The notes beneath the pieces are model-generated. The model searched no databases, had not been told where the DNA came from, and saw only the letters and a program-made list of their open reading frames with translations. Made by a program: the position numbers and the translations under genes. Shown here piece by piece: positions 11,309 to 24,200 of a stretch of 64,000 bases of DNA (position 1 is the first letter of the stretch; every line of letters begins with the position of its first letter). The stretch is from Lytechinus pictus (Eukaryota), in contig NC_087260.1 in NCBI RefSeq assembly GCF_037042905.1, positions 22,444,001 to 22,508,000 of the forward strand. The letters are read 5' to 3'.

Positions 11309-13689
11309 TTAACCGACGTGTTGGCAAGCACCCTTGAGTGCTTGATAACCACCGTAGAGGGCGGCAGCTTGATCTTCACTGACTCCACGATCACGGAGAG
11401 CCTTCTCTCTGAGTTTCACTGAAGAAATAAGAAGGAAAACACTCTTTGTTAAAGTGATTCTTATGATCGTGATGATAATAATAATAATAATGATAATAAT
11501 AAAAACAACGACAATGATAATAATAATATAATTATTATAGTGACAACAACAACAATATACGTCCCACATTTTACGAATTCATAACAGGGTCGTTCTAAAA
11601 AAAAAAGAAACCCATGTCATAATTCATTGTCCCAACAATATTTTGGCTTGAAATGGAGACCAATGTTAACATCCGTAACTGCATTTCTTAAATTCGGATT
11701 AATAAGCCTATTCGGGAGTTGCTGGTCACTGACAGTGGAAGCAGGAACTGTGCAACTTGTTTAATGTGTCTTTATTTCACTATTTTTTTAAATATTATTT
11801 TGTTTAATTTTGTTTAGCATAGTGGGATGGAACACTTTATCAGCAAGTTTCGTTTTGTAGGGATCTACGTTCGTTCTTGTGCGGGTGTGCATGGGTCTGT
11901 GGGCCGAAAGATGGATGTGTCATGATTTTCAATAATAATAATAATAATTTAAAAAAATCGTTTCAAGAATGGTGACATTTTCTTGAGAATGGCCCGTCAG
12001 TTAGTAGACTTACTCAAATCGTTAAAGGGAATAGAGTTGACGACACCGCACCCGCTTTTAACTGCTCCGGCTACATCGTGGGCAGCCTTTTTGGTCCATC
12101 TGCTGGCGTCGCTGACGGCTTTAGATAACCAGCTAGCAATGAGCACGTCGTCCATCGCCTGCTCATCCAGAACTTTAAAAAATATAATAAAAAACGTTCC
12201 ATTGTAATTGAGAAATGGAAATATTATGCAGATATTGCCTGACTATTGAGATATTGAAAAATAGTTCCGTTATAATATAAGAAATCATTATGATAGATAA
12301 AAATATCATACAGAAATTGCCTGCCCAGACAATGATTATAACATTTTATTTCTCTGAGGGATCTTGATCCATAATGAAATAGCGTTGGGACATAATAATT
12401 AGTCTGCAGGCACAGACCCTGATTGGAACTTTGATCAACAAGTGTGCCTCCACGCAAAGACTAGCACCTGAGCGAGAGAGCCTTCAGAACACAAGGCATG
12501 AGTAGGCTGCACATTCAGACCCTTAACTCGAGTGAAGTGTTTGCCCAGCAGACTACATAATAATTGTCATGAGAATCAAAAATTTACAGAAATTGCAAGC
12601 CTAAAGACGTGGAAAATAACATTACATTTCCCAGATGGATTTATATTGCTCCATATCAAAAGAGCATTCTGTTTAAAAGAAATATTACGAGGAATGAAAA
12701 TACACAGAAATTGCAAGCCTAGACGTTGAATATAACAATCATAATCATTTCCCCGATGAATTTATATCACTTCATAACAAAAGAGCATGCTGTTTAATAG
12801 AAATATTATGAGAAATGAAAATATATACGGAAATTGCCTGCTTAGACGTTGAATATTTTCCGATTGAGTTATAGTTCAATACACATCAAAGAAAAGATGC
12901 ATACAATACACTCTAAATTCCAAATACTACAAGAAATCCAGATCGGTTTCGCACATGACTAGCCTAACATATGGAATTAAACTTAAACCTCGTGGATTCG
13001 TATTCAAAGATGAGATTTAGAAATTAATCCTCTGGATGAAAATAAATCCTATCTTCTGATGGTCACTTCACTCTAAAAAAATGAAATCTTAAATCAACAA
13101 TAAGCTTGGAGGAGTGACAACCTTTTCCAAATGTTATATCCATCATTGCCTAAAGCTGAATCCAATAATATTTAAGTGTGGATCAAACCATTTATGTGGT
13201 GAGTGCAACATTTAGAAAAAGGTATTAACTCTTCCAACCTTTCAATCTCTCATGTAAAATTTAATTGTTAGAGTGTATTCAAGCTGATCAGGATTTATCT
13301 TAAGTCTTTATTGAGAGTTATTATCAAAATTATTACTATTATATTACCAAATAAAATAAAATATAAAACATAGTAGCCTAAAACATCTGTGAAATGGCTC
13401 GGTTGCGACAAACGTTTATAATTTCTCTTATAATAACTGAACGCTTTTTCTTTGATATTTACTGATATAGATTAAAAAAGGTAATATTAAACCTCTAGGC
13501 AGGCAATTTCTGTATAACATTTTCATTTCTCATATTTTTTTTCTCAAAATATTTGTCTCATATAATTGATTAAAACTTACAGAGCCCGATGTCGTCTTCC
13601 TCATCAACGTGTTGCTCCAAGCGGGCAGAGGTCACGTGATTAACCACGACGCCCAGAACAAGCAGAGTAGTGATGATCTTCATATTCAT
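11309..13689 (-). CDS. Centrocin-like heterodimeric antimicrobial peptide precursor, 125 aa, 3 coding exons
   Basis: Exons 13689-13581, 12172-12014 and 11418-11309, with GTAAGT donors, AG acceptors and matching phase-1 junctions. Translation: MNMKIITTLLVLGVVVNHVTSARLEQHVDEEDDIGLFLDEQAMDDVLIA-SWLSKAVSDASRWTKKAAHDVAGAVKSGCGVVNSIPF-NDLMKLREKALRDRGVSEDQAAALYGGYQ-ALKGACQHVG*. Exactly two Cys. LKGAC resembles the centrocin light-chain LRGAC; terminal Gly is an amidation signal. Chain boundaries are inferred. Confidence 0.85.
12400..12555. mobile_element. Academ-type MITE with 9-bp TSD, in an intron of the centrocin-like gene
   Basis: Termini TAGTCTGC...GCAGACTA flanked on both sides by CATAATAAT. 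A related copy lies inverted at 24895-25060. Confidence 0.7.
12585..12855. repeat. Degenerate ~122-bp tandem repeat in intron
   Basis: GAAATTGC(AA)GCCTA(A)GACG-type motif recurs near 12588, 12706 and 12830; related motif near 12311 and inverted near 13497. Confidence 0.65.
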
Positions 13690-14208
13690 TTTGAGAGATG
13701 ATCTGTGACGAAATAAAATAAGTATCATTTCCATCTCATTCGTAATTATAAAAACAATACCTCGATATTCATTAAGCGCCTATAAACAATTTTTTCTATT
13801 CGCTATACAATTATCTTTTGCTTATAGTGAATAATATAAACCATACATTTAGAATTTGTATTCCTTTTTCATATCACAATGCTGAAAACAAAACAAAGTA
13901 AACATTACAAAATCAAATTCATGGTGTAGTGGCTGGATATTATTTCTTGGGGCCCAGAAAATATATAAATCATTTACTGTACACAAGTCATGGTATGTTA
14001 CAACAAAGTGAAATTTCACATCAAAGTAAGATAATTGAGATAAACAATAATGGATAATAAAAATGTGAAGCCCGCTGCCAGAAGCAATAAAACGAAACTT
14101 TCTATAATCAATCTCTACTCCCCAACATCGAATGCAAATTGATTTCAACCCATTAGAAATACGTATAAAGAATTTTGTGAACAGAGACCTATTGTACATG
14201 TATCTTAC

Positions 14209-14304
14209 CGAATCAGGAAAGTTGCGGGAAAGTTATGTTCAGATCCGATGTCTTGACTGGCGCCGTAAATGATTCTCCTCTGGATTGGGCAGGCCTTTTA
14301 TGTA
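14209..14304 (-). promoter_or_regulatory. Candidate 5'-UTR exon and TATA-like box of the centrocin-like gene
   Basis: Minus-strand donor CG|GTAAGA at 14209/14208; acceptor CAG| at 13702, 13 nt before the ATG; TACATAAAA (minus) at 14304-14296; GC boxes at ~14396-14436. Confidence 0.55.
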
Positions 14305-16441
14305 TTTTGCTCTAATGGCAAACGCTGGCGTTGATCGATGCAGGTCGAAGACCAGGGCTGTCCTTTTTTTTTAAACCTAGTTGAAAAATCACAGTCCGCC
14401 CCTGTCCCTACGTAGTACCGCCCCCATTGAGGGCGGAACATGGAGAAAGCAGCAAGACCGTATGGTTAAAGGTGATCCGATACCTTGACCAAACGTCCAT
14501 GAAGAGCAGTGATTGAACGGCCGTATTCAATAGTCATTCAGTCATTATCGTATATACTTCTATGATTAATCAAAGTCATACTGGGACATTTTAGGTTAAC
14601 AGAAAGGATCCGGTTTCCTTTACAGAATTTGAATACGGTTGAATCATCCATGCGATACTTTCGATCCAAACATCAACGATTAAGAGTGATGATTTGAAGT
14701 GCCCACCCCCTATCCCGTCATGTCCAGTAACAATGGGAGTGCGTCACGAATTAAGCATCTTATCAGGGGATTTTTAATGACAAGACTTGTTCTGATTTAT
14801 TTGCTAAAAAGAAAAAATAAATTATTACAGGAAATTTTTAAGGTTTTATACGCCATATACCAATTTTCTGTAATTTTACACAACGTTTTTTTCTATTTTT
14901 TTAAGGAGAATCTAACAGATTATGACGTAATTATGTTCACATAATGATGCAGTTACTACGCAACGTATCTATCATAATGAAATGTCTTATGTTAACATAA
15001 TGATGCGGTTACTACGCAACGCATCCAGCGATCGTTGTTATACGGCGCCAGGGCGCCATTTTGTATGAACTAATTTTGTTTGTGCATCATAATTATTTCA
15101 CTTTCCGATTAATAAATCGAAACTAGTTCAAGAGAATTTTTTCGACTTTCTTCGATTAGTTTTGTTTGTTATGTGTACTTTCCTTGACGGNNNNNNNNNN
15201 NNNNNNNNNNNNNNNNNNNNNNNNNNNNNNNNNNNNNNNNNNNNNNNNNNNNNNNNNNNNNNNNNNNNNNNNNNNNNNNNNNNNNNNNNNNNNNNNNNNN
15301 NNNNNNNNNNNNNNNNNNNNNNNNNNNNNNNNNNNNNNNNNNNNNNNNNNNNNNNNNNNNNNNNNNNAAATTTGTTCCCCGTGGTGTGTGTTACTACCTA
15401 CAATAAAACATAGTCTATACTTTTCCACATTGAACTACTGAATGATTTGTATTATTTTAAAAAAGCACAGTCGGTAATCAATTCATAACATTTTAAAGCA
15501 TTCTATTTTTATTCATTATTTTGTGTCCATTCTATTTTGTCTTTGTTTTAAAGAGCCGGATTTGAAATCAGGGAAAACGAATTGCCTTATTCAAGTTGAT
15601 GGTATACTCATACATCATGCTACGGTATACAAGGACAGAACTTTGATCGCATTTCAGCCTATATATATATACAATGTATTTCATTTCATGTCATTGATTA
15701 CAATTTCCAACAATCGTTTACAATATGTTTTGTTCCATACATCTTGATACATAATCAATGAACAAGGAAAATTTATATGTATTATAATCAAGATAAGCAT
15801 ACAAACAGGTATGGGAACGGAGGAGGCTGCTCAAAAGCGAAGCTTGTATAAAGTGCAGCCTCCTATTAAAATATTCGTATAAACAGTATGAACAAAAACA
15901 CAAGAAAAAAATTGTTAAAATTTGAGCAGAAATCCAGTTGAATGTGTAATAGAGGAAATGGGGGAAAAAGGCGGGATTAAAAGTCTCCAGATTCCTGCCT
16001 GGCACTCACAGCGAATCTCACGGATCAACATCTTTAACATTGGGATGAATGTGAATTTCCAGGGATTATTTAATTTCAGTTTCCAGTGCTCTATAGAGCA
16101 TTTCGGGGGCTAAATCGCCCCCAACCCCTGTATAATTTTTCCCATGCACCGCTGCATAGGATTAAAAAAAGGCATGGAAATGACAGAAACATAATTGTTA
16201 ATGAAGGCTGGCGAAGATCCATAAAATAATAACAGAGATATTCTTTAAAAAAAAACTTGATATCGTAATGTCACATGCGAGAACTTTTGGTTGGGCTGTC
16301 ATACATGTTATGGATTCCATGTGCGATGTTCTAAGATGACAAAAAATATTTTTCAATATGATCTTGAATTTGATAAAAGAGGATTTTACATATTTACAAC
16401 AAGAGGAAATAACACATTATAAAAATGAACATACATGAGAC

Positions 16442-16666
16442 CAGGGACGGATCCAGGATTTTCCAAAAGAGGGGGGGGGGCACATTTTACGGAGAAAAAT
16501 TTTGACAAGCAAAAAAAAAAAAGGCTTCAATTTCAAAAGGGGGGGGGGCACACTTCTGTTTAACAGCATTTTTACATTACAAAATGTAATTGTGCCACTC
16601 AAAAGGCCGATCAAGGGGGGGGGGGCAAAGCTGGTCCGTGCCCCCCCCCCCCTGCATCGGCCAGTG
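16442..16666. mobile_element. hAT-type MITE (poly-G/C rich)
   Basis: Termini CAGGGACGGATCCAGG...CCTGCATCGGCCAGTG; 8-bp TSD CATGAGAC/CATGAGAT. Confidence 0.7.
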
Positions 16667-16843
16667 CATGAGATGACAGGACATTTTCAGAATTATGTCG
16701 ATACAAAAGCAGTTACATGGTTATGCAATCATCCATTAATCTTACATAAGCTATAACATATAATGTGGAAGACATTTAGTGAAAACATAAAGATTCACAA
16801 AGTTTCACATGTATTTAATGATTTTTCTGGGAAGACATATCTC

Positions 16844-17069
16844 CACTAGCGTACCTACGGGGGGGGGCAGGGGGGGCACTCTGCCCCCCCCCTGACGAGT
16901 CACAACCCATGAAAAAACGTATCTTTGCCCCCCCTGACGGGCTTGAAAAACCTTTTTTGCCCCCCCTGACGAGCTTTAAGACCTTCAATGCCCCCCTGAC
17001 GAGCTTGAAGACCTTTTTTTTGCTTGTCAATTTTTTTCTGGTACGAAATCCTTTATTTGTGATCGAAGA

Positions 17070-17106
<37 letters not shown>

Positions 17107-17167
17107 TGTCAAATTTTTTGGCGGACGGTTTTGACCCCCCCTGTGGAAAATCCTAGGTACGCCACTG
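16844..17167. mobile_element. hAT-type MITE
   Basis: Termini CACTAGCGTACCTA...TAGGTACGCCACTG; perfect 8-bp TSD CATATCTC; internal GCCCCCCCTGACG repeats. Confidence 0.8.
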
Positions 17168-18784
17168 CATATCTCCTATCTGTACCGAGCTTTCATTTCT
17201 ATTTCTCTTAAGAATATGAATTTCAATTTATCTATCTTTTCATTTCCACATAATATGTTTCTTGAAACAATTACTTTCTGAATGCACCAAAATGCAATAG
17301 TTAGAAGTAAAACTAATTTTTCATCTACTTCATGTTTATACATTTTATGACTGATTTCTTAATCTTTATGAAATACTTAATTAAATTATTATTTTTTAAT
17401 GAAAAGAATGGTTTGTTTGATTCACAAGAAATTATACAGTGGTGAATAAGCTCTTACATTTCGCAATTTCACAATGTGTCTAATAAATTATTTGAATGCA
17501 CTAAGAGATAAAAGTTTCAATAATGATTTTAAAAAAAAAAAATCGAAATTATTATTAATAAATCGTATCATAATGATCAATGAGAGTGCTGTTAGTGACG
17601 TCCCAACATATTATCAAGGTTAGAGAAGGTCTACTGGTAGTATCGTCAACAGCTTCCAGATCAAGTTTCTAATATCATATAATAAATAGCAAATATCCGT
17701 TTCCTTCGGGGTTCAAGGCTTTATATATATCCCTCTTATGAATATTCATGTGATAAACTATTGGTGAATTCGTGATCATGTGATAAAGTATAATTTCAAT
17801 AGGAAAAACAAGTATCTGCAAAGAAATCAGAGTAGTTTTCGCTATATGCTATTCAGCTCGTGACATCTGCAAGCTCCAACCAAAGTCACTATATAAAAAA
17901 ATGTCACCCTCATAAGTATTCCGAACTGGGTAAGATTAGCTCTTCCACAGGGAAGCTCTATACCCGTTTTATACACTCGATTTTAACTTTATTTATGCGA
18001 ATCTCTTTAGATTTTAGTGACACAAGACGCGTCAGCTGTGCGTGTACTTATGGCTCCCACTGTCACGAGCAGTGGGTATAGAATACTACTTAGAAATAAT
18101 AAAAATTGGTAAATAAATAAACCGACTCTCCTGAAATGAACATTGTCTCTTTGTCTGGAATCGTGAAATGAATTTCAAACAATAACACAATAAAACAAAT
18201 GAAGGATGCTGGGAAGATCGACAACTGTTGATAATGACTTAGCAATAAAAGACACACTTTAAAGGGGTAATAAAAGTTACTTTCATCGAGTCGAAGAGTG
18301 GCATAATTAACGAAAAAACAGTTTAAATTCCATCGCTAAAATCAAAGCACGAAGATTATACTGAATATAATGTTTGTCTCTATTATATTTCAGGTTAAAC
18401 CCACACAGCACTGTACAATGTACATCAGTCAGATAATGCTTGCATAGATCATGTTTCGTGTTAGATTCTTACTTTCATTCTTCTGCCTTGCACGGTATAA
18501 AAATTATACAACGCTGTTTAATATATATGAACCTTACAGTAATTGTTCAAACATTTTAAACAGGTGTTTAAATCTTAATCAACAAAGTTTGATTTTCAAT
18601 ATCTAATCTTCAATAAATTAAACAGGATTGTTTAAACGGTTAAACAAATAATGTAAGGTTCATATCGTAAACAGCATTGTATAAAATCTTAAACTTTTTC
18701 CTTCAAAAGATTCATTAGGTCGGCTGATGATGTCACATCCCCAATTCCCCTTTTCTTATATTACAATATACTCGATTCGTCTCC

Positions 18785-18787
<3 letters not shown>

Positions 18788-18844
<57 letters not shown>
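18788..18844. repeat. (AT)n microsatellite
   Basis: Pure AT dinucleotide run. Confidence 0.95.
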
Positions 18845-18846
<2 letters not shown>

Positions 18847-20104
18847 GTATATATATACATATACATTCCCATCTACACGTACATCTCTCTCGTACCACCA
18901 TCGTTCATTTCTCCATTTCTCCTGCTCAGCCTTTCACCCCTCTCTTACTGTTTTCTTTCGTCTCCTCTTGATTGATTCCTTCTCCAAATTCTATCCCTTC
19001 ATTCAATCTCTTGCTCTTTTCTTTGCTTTCAACAATCATGACAATGATTATGAAGAATTTAACGCTATGCACCGTTACCATGGGCACAATTAAGCATTCG
19101 TTTCTTTTTATTGCTGTGTAACATATTTATACCGTTCATTATTTTGTACTGTTATTTAAAGCATTTTATAACATTAATGGCAATAGTTTGAAACATTCAT
19201 ACATTTCATACACCGTCTTAATAATGATTGTCTTTATGAAAATAATTTAAAATGAAATAAAGGGGGGGGGGACAACTTACACGGCAATTCGTCAATTGCG
19301 TATAAAGAAGTTTAGAAAAATCTGCTGAATTAACATTTCGAAGTATAGCATACAGTGTAGAATAGTAGATCGTTTTAGCGTCGATAGTCGTAAAGTCTGC
19401 TTTCGTTTCATATTGGCGCAAGCCAGTTATATATCAAGGTCGATGTTCGCTCAAGCATGAACAAACAATTTTTTTTGTATCATCTGAAAGTGGAGATTTT
19501 AGAGCATCTACCAATATTTCAAAATAGGCCGACTATATAGTTTTCACAGATTTTCTTAAATGTAACTTTATATATCGCCCAATAAAAAGTTGAGTGAAAA
19601 TATAAAATATTAAAAGATGAAATAGACAAAAAATACATATAACTATTTTGATAATCTTGGCGTTAAAAAAATCCTTTGAAAAGATATAGATGGAACCATA
19701 AAGTCTGTGGATTATCGTCATCTGGAATATTGCACAAAAGTCCTTTATGGTGATATAGACGATGAGCTACCAATTACTAAATTTCTTGTAAAAGAAAAAA
19801 TCCGAGTAATTTCAAACAGGAAATTCCAATCATTCCAGTCTTTTGGTTACACTTTTTTGTGGTTAAAAAAATAACAAATTTACGGTCGTAATGTGATATG
19901 GAACACAAAATAGCAAAATATTTTAAGTCACCTAAAAGTATACAAGCCTAGGTATATAGATATCCTTTTCTTGCATCTTATGAACACACTTTATCAGAAC
20001 CATCAACATGATCAAAATAGGCCCATCAATGTTATTTTTGTCATGGCTTGTGATTGCTTTACCAGTACCCATTATAAATCATATTCTGATTTAACCGTGT
20101 TAAA

Positions 20105-20350
20105 TAATGATGATGTTGATGATGATGATGATGATGATGATGGTGATGATGGTGGTGATGGTGGTGACATATTAATTACTACGATGATATAACCATCATA
20201 AGTCATACTTATAGATGTACATCCGTTACAAATCATATTCAGATTGCAACGCACTTAATGATGATGATAATGACGATGATAATGATGATGATGATAATGA
20301 TGATGGTGATGATGGTAGTGATGGTGATGGTAATGATGTTGATGATGCCA
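20105..20350. repeat. (GAT)n-rich simple repeats, two blocks
   Basis: GAT/GGT runs at ~20105-20168 and ~20257-20347, each preceded by a similar AAATCATATTC..ATT sequence. Confidence 0.85.
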
Positions 20351-21241
20351 TGATGATTGAGAAGGCCGTATGTACTCCTTCTGTTTGGAGTTATTGTAAT
20401 TTATAAATTCATACTGACGACTTCTCTCCACTAATATGCCCGTACAAACATTTATGTATATCAGAACCGCCTACTGGCAAAGTTTGAACAACCTCCACTC
20501 TTTGAGGAACATTCTAGCTCAGTACGAAACTAGCGAGGTCACTTAATTTCAACCAACCGACTCTGAATTGTCGAAGTCTTTCATTTCGTAATAGATGATT
20601 CTTACAAAATCCTCATGAATTTCACGATCAGGATCCGGGGGGGGGGTAAAAACATTAATTCATACCTCATAATAGTTTAATCTTCAAGCTTGAACTGTTA
20701 AAACTGTAAGACAAAGTGATGGTGCTCAAAATTAGGATTCGTTTTTGTGTTGTTATGTCGGGCACATGTATCTTCTGTGAGGCATATCTCAGTGTGACCG
20801 GAGTCTTCCCCGTTTATTGTTGACGTAGTACAATGTGCCAAGAAAAAAACAACAACTGGATGATGACGATTCGACTCTGGAGTGCGTGGTTGCGATACCC
20901 GACGATGATAGTGGGTTTTGTTTCAGTTGATAATTTATTGAATTGAGCATTGCATCTTTCCTTCAAACTCGGCTCCCACTATAGTCTCCTAATTCGACAC
21001 GTGACATCAATGATGGGCAGTGGCATCAAAATATGGGCAGTGATGCCGGCGGAGGGGGGGGGGTTGCCCCTTAATCATTTATTTGTTTTATTCGTACAGC
21101 AATCGGAGGACCCCCCCCCCCTCCATCCATCCACGTCGTTACAAGAAATCTTCACAAATGCAAGCCTAACTTGTAAATATTTGTAATATTGTCTTTGCAA
21201 ACTCGATTTGAAAACAAACGGAACACCGCCCTGCCCCACCC

Positions 21242-24200
21242 TCAATTTTCTGGCTTCCACGGGGCGTGCGATAACAAGGCAGTGATGAGCAAACCGAAGA
21301 AGACGCCCCCAAACGTCAAGAGCCATATAGACCCCGAATCGTTTCTCTTCCGGCGGAATGTCCGCAGTAGATCCGTCTGTGATCGTAAAGAAAGAGTGAG
21401 AAAAAAAGAAAAAAAATTGATTTATTTGATTTTTATATCGTTTTCTTATGCATTCGTATCACTCATATTATACATTTTTTCTAAACATAAACATAATGTG
21501 AAGAAAAATATTCGAAACAATAAAAATATCTACTTCCAGAGTAATATAACATTAACAATTTGCAGGAGGGGAATTATCATCTCACAAGTAGATCATAAAA
21601 AAATGTATTTTTGCCTTCCCCCTATATTTCCACTTGTCTGCATCCATATGAGGAGGCTGAAAGAGGCGGGGTAAATGCATGATGCAGTTTTTATATCAAA
21701 TAAATAGATAACGAAATGTGAAATACTTTTCAACACCTTACTTGAAAGGACCCCGGACCCCAGACCGATCAAAGCTATTACCAATGGCATAGCAGTGGTC
21801 GGTCTGGAGTCGGTTTCGGTTACAGTCACACCAACGAAACCGACGTCAGACCGATCAAAGCTATTACGTTATTACCAATGGCATAGCAGCGGTCCGTTTG
21901 GAGTCGGTTTCGTGGTGTGACTGTAACGTAATTTTTGCATAAATTATAATGTAGTTCAGTGGAGTCAAAGTTTTATGTAATTACTGATATTACATTTTTC
22001 ATCAGATAAACAGATAAAAACCACTAATGGGCGTTCCATTAATATCTGGGACGAATTATAATATATTGTTCTAGATTATTATTTGATCATACACCGAGAT
22101 TCATTATGAAATGAGTTTTCATTACTGAGTCCAATAAGATTACATCTCTAATTCCAACCAGCCTCCCGAATGTGAATACATTATTAGTGGTTGGGTATTT
22201 GGGGTATTTTGCTGTTAATTGCTGAGTAGCATAAACGAATTAAATGAAATCATAATAGAAAACACGAATGGAATAATGGACATGAGGAAACAGAAAATAT
22301 TCATGTAATGGCTTCAGGGGAGTCTTTCATGAAAGGACTTATCAGACGTTTTATTTGACAAGTCCTGTTTTATCTGACAGTTACCATACTAACAGTGCTC
22401 CTCAGCCGATCAAAATCAAGGAAAGTTGTCAGATCTGACAACTTGTCGGACGAAAATGTTGATAAAACGCTCCCCGGATTTTCTCGTTGCAGCGAAAATG
22501 TTAATGAATATCTAAAAACCAAGGTGTCATGATAAGGCAATGTAGATGATAATATTCTGATAATACACTCTTTGGGAAGAAACTTAACACAACTTTATTT
22601 CACACTCTATATGAAATAGTTAAAATGACTAGACCAGTAAACAAATTGTAACCGAAATTTGTCTAGTAATAGTTCATATATATTTGCTAGTAAAATTTGA
22701 CGAGAACAGAGTCATTCCTGACTTGAAAATGTGACTAGACATATCACTTGCACCCAACGCCCTACTCATCTAGTCATGTTGACTACATGTATTTAAATCT
22801 GTTGGTTCACGAGCCGGAGGAAGATATTAAAATGAATTATAAATAATAATAAAAAAAGAATAAGTCTTATCTCACTTGCCAATGTATAATATTTTTTGAA
22901 AAATAAAGAAAGAAAACAAAAATGCGAAACATAAGGGGGGGGGTCATATATCGATAATTGGAAGAAGATCATTGCTTGGTAAATCACAATATAATTATAT
23001 TGCCACTGTGTGATTTTGTTTTCGTCAGGAATCTGCCCTCCGATTCAGGTTTGATATAATTATCCCCTTTTAGATATACACAGATATGAAAGCTTTCAGA
23101 CTTATTTTGTATTCAATCAGATATGATTCAATCCGATGACAACGCCCCCTATTTTAGAATTTGACAATTAATCCAGACATGAAGTGGAACGAGGAGTAAA
23201 CGAGAAGATGTGCGTGCGTTGGATATTACAAATGCCTCAGATAACAGTCTTCCACCAAAGTTTCAGTTTGAATAAAAGCATTAGATTAGATTCGATGGCA
23301 ATATCGGTTATTTTACGCAATGAACATGATGAATAATACCTTAAATTTGGAAGCATGATCATCATTAATAAGATCGTGATTATTATTGTCGTTTATCTTG
23401 TTGCCAATATGGTTGGTGTTACCATAATTTCTTTATATAATTTTCATCATCTCAACTGTGATTATGATTATCATCAACCTTATCGGTGACACGACATTTG
23501 CTCCTGCGACAATTGCTCCGGGCTAAATTTTCGTCTAAGATGTAGGGTTAGGGTTAGGGATGCAATAGGGTTACATGTTAGGGTTAGGTTTAGGATAGGG
23601 TATAGTGTTCAACCCAGGGTTGATGTTGGTCATTCGATTAGTGTGTGGAATTTAGAGCGGAGCAATTGTCGCCGGAGCAAATGTCATGGAACCCTATAAT
23701 CACCATGGGGGGTGTCCCATTCAGCAGCCAATGAGAGGGGCTGGGTCGTTCCCTCCCCTCCTTAGAGATGGACAAAAATCCCACAAAATCGTCGTGCATG
23801 ATAATCCCGATAGTGACCATTCCTATGTGATAAGTAAATGATATCTTACAGATATCTTACAATTTTAGGATCGAACGTCCATTACCATAAACACCCATCC
23901 CCCTCAAAATGATAATAATGATAAATTTTAAAACAAAACAAGACAACAGAACGAGACAGGAAAATGTATATCATCACATCCCAAAATCTAAAAAAAATGT
24001 ATAATAATAATACCCATGAACTACTATAATACTTTTGCATTTTAATCTGCCTCGAAAAGAATTTATTGCGTTCATAATCGTTCCATGCCCATAAAGCAAC
24101 GACCCGTGAGAAAATGAATATAGGCAACTTTGTTTTTTAATACTTTCTACCTCATCAGTTCGTATATCACTTGTATGAAACTTAAGAGCAAATACAACAC

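Noticed and set aside
11983-12207. + strand 74-aa ORF
   Set aside because: Antisense shadow of the centrocin-like heavy-chain exon, which has proper splice sites on the minus strand.
21189-21674. + strand 161-aa ORF
   Set aside because: Antisense to the BOK last exon plus low-complexity intron; no recognisable protein features.
23540-23605. TTAGGG repeats as a true telomere or fusion relic
   Set aside because: Short, degenerate and inside a dispersed element with other copies in the window.
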